This document shows positions 56,554 to 64,000 of a DNA stretch of 64,000 nt, in pieces (position 1 is the stretch's first letter; every line of letters starts with the position of its first letter). Position numbers and translations under genes: made by a program. The DNA comes from an uncultured delta proteobacterium. GTDB lineage: Bacteria > Desulfobacterota > Desulfobacteria > Desulfobacterales > Desulfosalsimonadaceae. The stretch spans positions 160,001 to 224,000 of the forward strand of contig CAWGYD010000001.1 in NCBI GenBank assembly GCA_963826785.1. The letters are read 5' to 3'. The notes under the pieces are model-generated. The model saw only the letters and a list, made by a program, of their open reading frames with translations, ran no database searches and was not told where the DNA came from.

Positions 56554-58833
56554 TCATGCTTTGCCGAGTCTGGCGCGGATGCCCCAGGCCATGTCCAGAC
56601 CCGTGGACGGGTCATCAATGGGCCGGATCAGGGAATTGAAATTGATTCCCTTTCCGGCCAGATATTCGCTGTAGGCGGTGTGGCCGAGCCCCCTGGGGAG
56701 CGCCAGCAGGCCGGGCATGATCCCGTCGAAGAAATGCACGTACACCTCGGCTTTTCCACACACCGTTTCCAGGATCGCGGCATCCCCTTCTTTCAGCCCC
56801 AGTTTCCGGGCGGTCTCCGGGTTGATTTCCACAAACCCCGTATCCTTTTTCAGCACCGTATCGTCTAAAGTCTTGGTCATGAAGGGCGCACTGCCCACGG
56901 TTTCAGCCAGGCGCATGGAATCATAGGGGATCAGTACCACCGGGAACTGTTGCGCGCCGCCTTCCAGGGGCACCGGAGAATAATAGGGCAGGGCGTCTTC
57001 ATCTTTTCCGGACGGGTTGTTCCGGGTGGTGGGATAAAACTCGAATTTTCCGGAGGCCGTACCGAAGGACAGCGCCAGGGGTTCGGGTTTGTTGTCGGCA
57101 ACGACGACATACCCTTTCCGGTTGAGTTTTTTCCAGTCCTTCTTGAATGTTTCCTTGAGGAACTTCTCATAATTCCTCCAGGGAAAGGCATCGGCTACGA
57201 ACCCGCCCTGGGCTTTGGCCAGGGCGATAAAGGTGTCTGCCACATGCTGGGTGTCGTACAGGGGGCGAACGACCGGTTTGGAAAGCCCGATCAGTTGATA
57301 AGGCAGTCCGGCCGGCGTGGGCAGATCCTGAAAACGTTCCAGATACACATGGTTCGGCAGGATATAATCGGAATAGGCCGCGGTTTCATCCATGTAGGGC
57401 GAAAAGCTCACGATAAAGGGGATCTTGTCGAACGCCTGTTTCGTGGCGGCAGTGTCGGGAATGGCGTAGAGCGGATTTCCGCCCGCCACCAGCAGGGCCT
57501 GAACCGGGGATTCCCCCTTGGCCGCATTGATGATGCCCGGAAAACGATGCAGCAGAAACCGGGTGTTGGGGAACCGGTCCGTGCCGGCCTGATCGATGCG
57601 GGGCTGCTGCATGCCCTTGGCGGCGGTTTCGTCGATTTTGGCTTCGGGCCAGTCTGCATATTCGATTTCATCGACGACGGTAATCCCGCCTTTCTTGTTG
57701 ATATTTCCCACCAGGGCATTCAGGGAATGAATGGCCAGGCATTCGTCCATGCTGCCCGGTAGCGCCCCCTTTCCTCTGCCGAAAATGGCCAGCGGTTTTT
57801 CGGCACCGGCAAATTCACGGGCCAGGGAGATGATGGTCTTGGCCGGCACACCGGTAATCTCGGCAACTTTGTCCGGGGAGAAGGATTCGAGCACCATGGT
57901 TTTGAATCCCTTGTGCACGGCGCCCTGGGCATCGCCCCAGTCTTCGAAGCCAAAGGAAAAGTTGTCAACAAAATCGGCGTTGTATAATTTCTGACGGACG
58001 ATGACGTGAGCCATCCCCAAAGCCAGCGCGCCTTCAGTGCCGGCTTTGACGGGCACCCATCGGGACGCCCGGGTCCCGGTTTCAGAGAGGCGGGGTTCGA
58101 CCTGAACGATCGTCTTTTCTTTATGACCATCGGCCGACAGCCGGAACATGCGCAGCATCGCGCCGCCGCCTTCCAGGATGCCGTTTCCGAAGCTGATGAC
58201 ATAATCCGCATTTTCAAAATCAATACCGATGGTTCCCTGCTGTCCCTGGGTCAGGTAGGCGGCCTGTTCCAGCGTATCGAAGACGGATGCCGAACGGATG
58301 AAATTGGGTGATCCGTAAGCGGTCATGAACCGCCCGATCAGGTTGGGCACGGTCCCCCGGTCCGAATCGGTGATGCAGGCGACGGTCTGGGGTTTTCCGG
58401 CCTTCCGGAGTTCGGTGAGCCTGTCCGATACGGCGGCAACGGCCTCCTTCCAGGAAATTTCCTGCCACTGGCCTTCTCCGCGCTTTCCCACCCGCTTCAT
58501 GGGGGTTCTCACCCTCGCCGGTCCATAGAGGTACTGCAGCCCGGAAAGTCCCAAAGGGCAGAGGCCGCCCTGATTGATGGGGTGATCTTCCTGCCCGTCG
58601 ATTTTCACGGCCCGGTCGGCGACTTTGCGCACGCTGATGCCGCAGCCGCCGGGGCAGAGGGTGCAGGCGGACGTCACATAGCTACTGGGCCCCTTGTCCG
58701 GGTCCGGCACCCAGGACCAGTTCTGGGTCCAGATGGCCGCATCGTCCATCAGCTTCCAGGGAACCGGCGACAGGGTGCTGCCGACGGCGCCCCCGATAAC
58801 CAGTGATATAAAGCATCTTCGATCAATTTTCAT
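56554..58833 (-). CDS. qrcB: Menaquinone reductase molybdopterin-oxidoreductase-like periplasmic subunit
   Basis: Tat signal DRRCF, PVPWKLMDD.AIWTQNW, CTLCPGGC...C; position in qrcABCD. Confidence 0.85.
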   Translation of the reverse strand: MKIDRRCFISLVIGGAVGSTLSPVPWKLMDDAAIWTQNWSWVPDPDKGPSSYVTSACTLCPGGCGISVRKVADRAVKIDGQEDHPINQGGLCPLGLSGLQYLYGPARVRTPMKRVGKRGEGQWQEISWKEAVAAVSDRLTELRKAGKPQTVACITDSDRGTVPNLIGRFMTAYGSPNFIRSASVFDTLEQAAYLTQGQQGTIGIDFENADYVISFGNGILEGGGAMLRMFRLSADGHKEKTIVQVEPRLSETGTRASRWVPVKAGTEGALALGMAHVIVRQKLYNADFVDNFSFGFEDWGDAQGAVHKGFKTMVLESFSPDKVAEITGVPAKTIISLAREFAGAEKPLAIFGRGKGALPGSMDECLAIHSLNALVGNINKKGGITVVDEIEYADWPEAKIDETAAKGMQQPRIDQAGTDRFPNTRFLLHRFPGIINAAKGESPVQALLVAGGNPLYAIPDTAATKQAFDKIPFIVSFSPYMDETAAYSDYILPNHVYLERFQDLPTPAGLPYQLIGLSKPVVRPLYDTQHVADTFIALAKAQGGFVADAFPWRNYEKFLKETFKKDWKKLNRKGYVVVADNKPEPLALSFGTASGKFEFYPTTRNNPSGKDEDALPYYSPVPLEGGAQQFPVVLIPYDSMRLAETVGSAPFMTKTLDDTVLKKDTGFVEINPETARKLGLKEGDAAILETVCGKAEVYVHFFDGIMPGLLALPRGLGHTAYSEYLAGKGINFNSLIRPIDDPSTGLDMAWGIRARLGKA

Positions 58834-58941
58834 GAATTCATCCTTATGATATGAATTTGATGAAATTTCAAAAAATTCAAATTAACACAACTGCGCCCAT
58901 GGGCTGGAGCACCGCCCTTTTTAAGCTTCGGGACCAGCCGG

Positions 58942-59625
58942 TTACTTATGGCACTGGAAGCAGTATCCCTTATAACCGATCTGTTCCGTATGGCACTTGG
59001 CGCAGTCGTTCATTTTCATGGTCCTGCCGTGCTCGGATTCTCCCCCCAGCCGGGCGATATTCTCCCCCCAGATGTCCCGGCTGTATCCGGTAATCCGGTT
59101 TTCCTGGTATGGACGGGTGCTTTCGGACGAACCGGTGTTGCCGTGGCAGGTTTCACATTTCATTTCAGCGCCCTTCACGTGGGCGGCATGGGAGAAAAAC
59201 ACGCAGGCCGGCTGATCGGCATAGCTGTACCAGGGGACTTCCTTGCCCTGCAGCACGTATTCGTTGACGAATTTTTCCTCCTCGGGATCGGCTCCCTGAA
59301 CATCCTGGTGACAGTCTGCACAGCTTGCCAGGGTGGGGATGCCGGAAAAGCTGCCGTCTTCCCGGAAAAAATGGCAGGAGTTGCAGCCGTCATAGACCAC
59401 CCCCATATGCAGCGCGTGGTTGAAGTTAATGGGCTGCGTCTTGGTGGAATAGAGCAGGTCGGGAAACAGAAACCAGCTCCCCAGGAGGCTGCCCACCAGC
59501 CCAACGGCGAAAAACAGGAGTAATGTCCATCCCGAAGACTGCCCTTCCGGTTTCGGGGGCGCCCCGGTGCCGCCGGGGTGATCCGGCATATGTTCAGCGG
59601 GTTCGGTATGATTCTGGTTGGTCAT
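58942..59625 (-). CDS. qrcA: Menaquinone reductase membrane-anchored multiheme cytochrome c
   Basis: One TM and five CxxCH motifs (CNSCH, CADCH, CETCH, CAKCH, CFQCH); QP.CVFFSHAAH, GYSRDIWG. Confidence 0.88.
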   Translation of the reverse strand: MTNQNHTEPAEHMPDHPGGTGAPPKPEGQSSGWTLLLFFAVGLVGSLLGSWFLFPDLLYSTKTQPINFNHALHMGVVYDGCNSCHFFREDGSFSGIPTLASCADCHQDVQGADPEEEKFVNEYVLQGKEVPWYSYADQPACVFFSHAAHVKGAEMKCETCHGNTGSSESTRPYQENRITGYSRDIWGENIARLGGESEHGRTMKMNDCAKCHTEQIGYKGYCFQCHK

Positions 59626-59883
59626 GGAAACTCCGTCAAATCTGTCTGATGGTTCAGGTTGATATATTCATCCGGCGTGTCAGCTGCGGATTGTGATGGC
59701 TCCCGATCCTTTTGGTGAATGATTTTGAAAACCATTTGCAACTCATTGATATGCTTTAGCTTAAAGCAAATGAGAATGCCCCGGTACCCGTTTCGGATAA
59801 GCGGTCAAACACCCATTCAAGAAGATGGAAATAAGAGGAATTCGATATCGATTTTTGTCTAATTTGTCAATGAAAATTGTAAA

Positions 59884-60714
59884 TTACTGGTAGCTGTGAA
59901 GGCCCGGCAGAAGGTTGACACCAAAATAGGTGAAAATTACGGCGGCAAAGCCGATGACGGACAGCAGGGCGATCTTTTTCCCCTTCCATCCCCGCATCAG
60001 CCGGGCATGAAGCAGGCTGGCGTATACCAGCCAGGTAATCAGAGACCAGGTTTCCTTGGGATCCCATCCCCAGTATCGCCCCCAGGCCTGGTTCGCCCAG
60101 ACGGCGCCGGTAATGATGCCGATGGATAGAAACAGGAATCCGAACATGACCATCTGATAGGTGAGATCGTCGAGCACATCGAAGTCCGGGATGCGTGACT
60201 TCAAGCCCTCGCCATTGCCGTTCGATGTCGATTTGATCAGATACAGCAGGCTGATGCAGAAGGCGATGGCAAAGGCGGAATACCCGACGAAACAGGACAT
60301 CACGTGGGCGATGAGCCAGTTGCTCTGCAGGGCCGGAATGAGCGGCTCGATGCCGGAATGTATCCTCGGCAGAGATGCATATGCCATGGCCAGAAACGGA
60401 ATCAGGGAACCGAACACCCCGATGACGCGGATCTTGTATTTAAATTCCACAAACAGGTAGACGATCGCGATGGTCATGGCAAAAAAGACCAGGGATTCAT
60501 ACAGATTGGAAAGGGGCGCATGCCCGTATCCCATCTGATACGACTCATACCACCTCAGCATGATGCCGGTCAGATTGCCGATGGCGGCACTCGCCAGAAC
60601 GAATGTGCCGGCTTTTGCGGCCGCCGGCTTCTTGAACACCCAGGCCGATATGTACAGCAGCACGGCAAAGCCGTAGATAAACGTGACTATGGAAAAAACT
60701 TGAGAATTTATCAT
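59884..60714 (-). CDS. Cytochrome c biogenesis system II heme-handling protein (CcsA/ResC type)
   Basis: PLSNLYESL, PALQSNWL.AHV, WWD domain GAVWANQAWGRYWGWDPKETW, GLHSY. Confidence 0.92.
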   Translation of the reverse strand: MINSQVFSIVTFIYGFAVLLYISAWVFKKPAAAKAGTFVLASAAIGNLTGIMLRWYESYQMGYGHAPLSNLYESLVFFAMTIAIVYLFVEFKYKIRVIGVFGSLIPFLAMAYASLPRIHSGIEPLIPALQSNWLIAHVMSCFVGYSAFAIAFCISLLYLIKSTSNGNGEGLKSRIPDFDVLDDLTYQMVMFGFLFLSIGIITGAVWANQAWGRYWGWDPKETWSLITWLVYASLLHARLMRGWKGKKIALLSVIGFAAVIFTYFGVNLLPGLHSYQ

Positions 60715-60723
60715 TTGAACCCT

Positions 60724-62097
60724 CTATTGAAGAAGTTTTAGACCGCGGATACGTCTTGCCAGGTGACGGGTGGCTGCGGGCATGCCGGGCCGGTTCTTGC
60801 CCGGGATGCCGGAAACCATGATCACGGTTTGGCCCTTTCCGGCTTTGAGCTCCACGCAGAATTTCTTGTGAAACATGAAAAACGTGACCCAGCAGCCGAT
60901 GATCATCAGGGCAAACCCGGCATACACCACCGGAACCCCGGGGTCTTTGGTGACCTGAAGACCGGTGTAATAATTGAACTGGGCATCGGAAATGGAAATG
61001 ATGAACTCCCCGCCGCGCATGGCATCGAACCGGGGATAATCCAGGGTCAGCAGGATCGGCTTGGGATTGCCTTGAACAGGGATCAGCCGGGCCATGAATA
61101 CGTTTTGCAGGCTGATTCCCCGAAACGAGAAGGAATTCTGGAATCCTTCCACCACGAGAGCCCCCTTGTTTTGCGGCAGGGGAATGGGCTCATTAAGCGT
61201 GCCCTTCTCCTTGTATTCCATGCCGGACGCCGCATCCGTGAAATTAACGGTAAAGGCATCGCCGGGCTCCTGCCCGTAGCTGGACTGGTAGAAACTGATC
61301 CCTTCATACCGCAGGGGATCGTTCACCTCGATATCCTTTTGCAGAACCGCCTTGTCATTTTTGAGGACGGTGAGCCGGGAGCGGTATTCCTTGGGCATTC
61401 CCGAATCATATTTGGTCATCTCGAACTCGTCGCATCGAACCGCAAAATCAAGGTCCTTGACGCCGCCCCCTTCCAGTGCGACGCTGTTGATGCTCTGGCC
61501 CTGGGGGATCTGGACGTATCCGTCGAAACCGAAAAAAGAGCCCAGCAATCCGCCGATGACCAGCAGCAGGATGGAAGAATGGACGGCATAAACCCCCAGG
61601 CGCGTCCAGCGGCTTTTTTCGGCAAAGATGGCCGCCCCGGTTTCCGTATCCTCCGTCTTGCAATGTGCATAATGCCGGCACATATAATCGCTGATGGTTT
61701 TTTTGACGTCACCCAGTGGCCGGGCGACCTGCCATTCCTGCAGGCCCTGGGCCTTGCGGAACCGGTTGAGGTCGTATTTGGCGGATTTGGGGAAGATGAT
61801 TTTCCAGGTGGAGGAGAGGCGGTCGATGGAGCAGACAATGATATTGGCGCTCAGTAGAAACAGCAGCAGCTTGAACCACCAGGAATGGTACATATTGAAA
61901 AGATCCAGCGCATTGAAAATGGTATACAGGACTTTTCCATATGCTTCTTCATACATGTGCAGGTGCTGGTTCTGGGGGATCAGGGTCCCGATGATGGACG
62001 TGGCCGCCAGCGACAGCAGGATCACCACGGAAAGCTTGATGGAGGCAAAAAGCCGCCACCATCTACCCGCGAGGGTGGATTTTGAATTTTTTTTCAT
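60724..62097 (-). CDS. resB: Cytochrome c biogenesis system II protein ResB/Ccs1
   Basis: SIIGTLIPQ, Y.SWWF, CSIDR, conserved His in YAVH, IEVNDPL.Y.G..FYQSSY, LQVTKDPG. Confidence 0.9.
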   Translation of the reverse strand: MKKNSKSTLAGRWWRLFASIKLSVVILLSLAATSIIGTLIPQNQHLHMYEEAYGKVLYTIFNALDLFNMYHSWWFKLLLFLLSANIIVCSIDRLSSTWKIIFPKSAKYDLNRFRKAQGLQEWQVARPLGDVKKTISDYMCRHYAHCKTEDTETGAAIFAEKSRWTRLGVYAVHSSILLLVIGGLLGSFFGFDGYVQIPQGQSINSVALEGGGVKDLDFAVRCDEFEMTKYDSGMPKEYRSRLTVLKNDKAVLQKDIEVNDPLRYEGISFYQSSYGQEPGDAFTVNFTDAASGMEYKEKGTLNEPIPLPQNKGALVVEGFQNSFSFRGISLQNVFMARLIPVQGNPKPILLTLDYPRFDAMRGGEFIISISDAQFNYYTGLQVTKDPGVPVVYAGFALMIIGCWVTFFMFHKKFCVELKAGKGQTVIMVSGIPGKNRPGMPAATRHLARRIRGLKLLQ

Positions 62098-62581
62098 ATA
62101 TTCAACCTGTTATCATTAAAATTAACTAAATAGGCCCATTCTATATCAGAATATCCGTCCCCTGGCAAACACAAAGGCGGGCAAGGCTTTGATAAACATG
62201 TAATTATCGAAAACAGCCGCGGTTTTCTGCAAAATGATTATCAGCAGGAGAAGACGCGTGCCGTCTAAAAGCCCCCGCCCCGCATGCTCTGCCCGGAACA
62301 GGCCATGCCAAACTGAATATGTATTTGTAATTCGCTATGATAAAACCGTATGGAACTGATGAAGATGGCCGATTACAGTCTTTACATTAATGTGGACTTA
62401 TAATAATGGTATCGCTGACGGGTGCCGCTGCGGACCCGCCTGCAAAAAGTTTTCTTTCCAGCTTGCATTACAACCGATGCCGGGCGTTGAAGGGGACTTT
62501 ACCGGGCGGGATTTGAATGCAAAATGCAATGATTCGTATATTTCAAAGATACACAAAATAAGTATAAAAAGGAGGAATACA

Positions 62582-63202
62582 ATGATCCGCAACCCTTTTT
62601 CCCCATGGGTGATGTTCTGTATGGCAATGGCCGCCATCGTTATCATGGCGGGATGTACGGCGACCACCCGGGAGATCTCCGTGGATGAAGTCCAGCCTTA
62701 TGATGAGACCTATGATGTCTCCGCCAAGAAGAAGATCGTGGATGAACTGGTGACCTCGCTGACCAACAAATCCCCGCTGGCGGCCCGCAACGACCGTCCG
62801 GTGGTGGTGATTTACAACGTGGCCAACAAGACCTCGGAGCATATCAGCACCGATGGGATCACCGACGATATCCGCCAGGAGGTGCTGCAGTCCGGAAAAG
62901 CGCGTTTCGTGGGCAAGACCCAGCGGGAGAGCATTGAAAAGGAAACCTCCTACCAGTACGGCGGCAATGTTTCACCGGAAACCCGGATTGCCCGGGCCCG
63001 GCAGGTGGGCGCCGAATACATGCTGACCGGCACCCTGCGCGACATCCGCAAAAAAGAGCCCAAGCAGGTCCGGCTGAAACGCAAAGTGCTGCAGTATTAC
63101 AGCCTGACCCTGGAGCTGACCAACCTGGAAACCGGTCTCATCGACTGGGCCGACAGCGTGGAGATCGTCCGGGAATCCTCCCAGCCGTTTATCGGGTGGT
63201 AG
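62582..63202 (+). CDS. LpoB-like outer-membrane lipoprotein (PBP activator family)
   Basis: ATG at 62582 after AGGAGG; lipobox MAGC; NKTSEHI.T..ITD.I, GAEY.L.G, L...ETG.I.W. Confidence 0.7.
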   Translation: MIRNPFSPWVMFCMAMAAIVIMAGCTATTREISVDEVQPYDETYDVSAKKKIVDELVTSLTNKSPLAARNDRPVVVIYNVANKTSEHISTDGITDDIRQEVLQSGKARFVGKTQRESIEKETSYQYGGNVSPETRIARARQVGAEYMLTGTLRDIRKKEPKQVRLKRKVLQYYSLTLELTNLETGLIDWADSVEIVRESSQPFIGW

Positions 63203-63218
63203 CCCTTCGTTACATCAA

Positions 63219-64000
63219 ATGACCAGTTCTATATCGGCAAAAATGCGGCAGGGTCTGGCATGGATGCTGCTGTTCAGCTTTTTTTTCGCTGCCGGATGCG
63301 CCACGTCCCTGCAGAACGCCCGCCGGGATTTTTACAGCGGGAACGTGGATCAGGCCGCCGAAGCGCTTCCCGATCCGGGATCGGTCTCCAGCCGGGACCA
63401 GCTCCTGTATTACATGGAAAAAGGACTGATCCTGTACCAGGCCGGACGCTACGAAGAAAGTGTCAAGATTCTGCTGCAGGCCGTGACGCTGATGCGGGAT
63501 CTGGACTACATCAGCGCCAGCGAGCAGGCGGGGTCGCTGGTCACTTCGGAGCGGATCACCCGGTACCGGGGGGAATACGCGGAGCGGCTGTGGGTCCACA
63601 CCTATTTGATGATGGACTATCTGCTCATGGGGGATCCCGAAAATGCGCTGGTGGAGGGAAAACAGGCCCTGGAGGTGTTCAACCGGTATCCGGAAGCCCT
63701 CAACCGCGCTTATTTCACCCGGGCCCTGATCGCCCACTGCTATGAAACCATGGGCGACTTCAATGACGCTTATATCGAATATGTGAAACTGGCGGAAATG
63801 CTGCCCGATCCTTCTCCGGTGGCTCAAAAGGTCTACACCCTGGGCCGGCGGCTGGGATTTACGGAAGAAATCGCACCTTATCAAAAATATGTGACGGCCC
63901 CCGATGCGGACGCTGTAGAAGAACCCGCGGGCGAACTGATCATCTTCGTGGGGCAGGGCCGGTCCCCGGAGAAGATCCCGCACAACATCCTGCTGCCGCC
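63219..64000 (+). CDS. TPR-like lipoprotein (COG3014-like), runs off the window end
   Basis: Hand translation: MTSSISAKMRQGLAWMLLFSFFFAAGC...DQLLYYMEKGLILYQAGRYEES...YRGEYAER...ALVE. Lipobox present; this family typically neighbours lpoB-like genes. Confidence 0.65.
   Translation, partial: MTSSISAKMRQGLAWMLLFSFFFAAGCATSLQNARRDFYSGNVDQAAEALPDPGSVSSRDQLLYYMEKGLILYQAGRYEESVKILLQAVTLMRDLDYISASEQAGSLVTSERITRYRGEYAERLWVHTYLMMDYLLMGDPENALVEGKQALEVFNRYPEALNRAYFTRALIAHCYETMGDFNDAYIEYVKLAEMLPDPSPVAQKVYTLGRRLGFTEEIAPYQKYVTAPDADAVEEPAGELIIFVGQGRSPEKIPHNILLP

Noticed and set aside
58834..58890. AT-rich TGAATT/AATTCA repeats between qrcA and qrcB as an operator
   Set aside because: Low-complexity AT-rich sequence inside an operon; cannot be distinguished from chance.
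62390..62581. N-terminal 64 aa of the 270-aa ORF
   Set aside because: The strong SD and lipoprotein signal indicate the real start is the ATG at 62582.

Overview
Core-chromosome window of an anaerobic deltaproteobacterium (Desulfobacterota-like; inferred from gene content and order). Left to right it contains: (1) a Wood-Ljungdahl carbonyl-branch cluster, acsV(partial)-acsD-cooS/acsA-acsB-acsC-acsE, in which acsC is split by a single +1 frameshift. (2) A small accessory patch: secreted papain-family protease with PKD/Ig repeats and a sigma54-type promoter, an FAD oxidoreductase, yfiR plus an orphan histidine kinase, an unannotated 53-aa ORF, a cold-shock gene, tRNA-Arg and an mltD-like gene. 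(3) The large tRNA-tuf-secE-nusG-rplKAJL-rpoBC-rpsLG-tuf-S10-spc-alpha superoperon, lacking fusA, adk and map. (4) comEC, murA, qrcABCD with an unannotated 55-aa membrane ORF, system II cytochrome c biogenesis genes and lpoB-like lipoproteins. The most striking observation is a complete ~99-aa parvulin (PpiC/rotamase)-type prolyl-isomerase domain inserted in frame inside RNA polymerase beta-prime (rpoC). No CRISPR, prophage, integrase or transposase was seen. All calls come from motif recognition by eye; no database searches were run.
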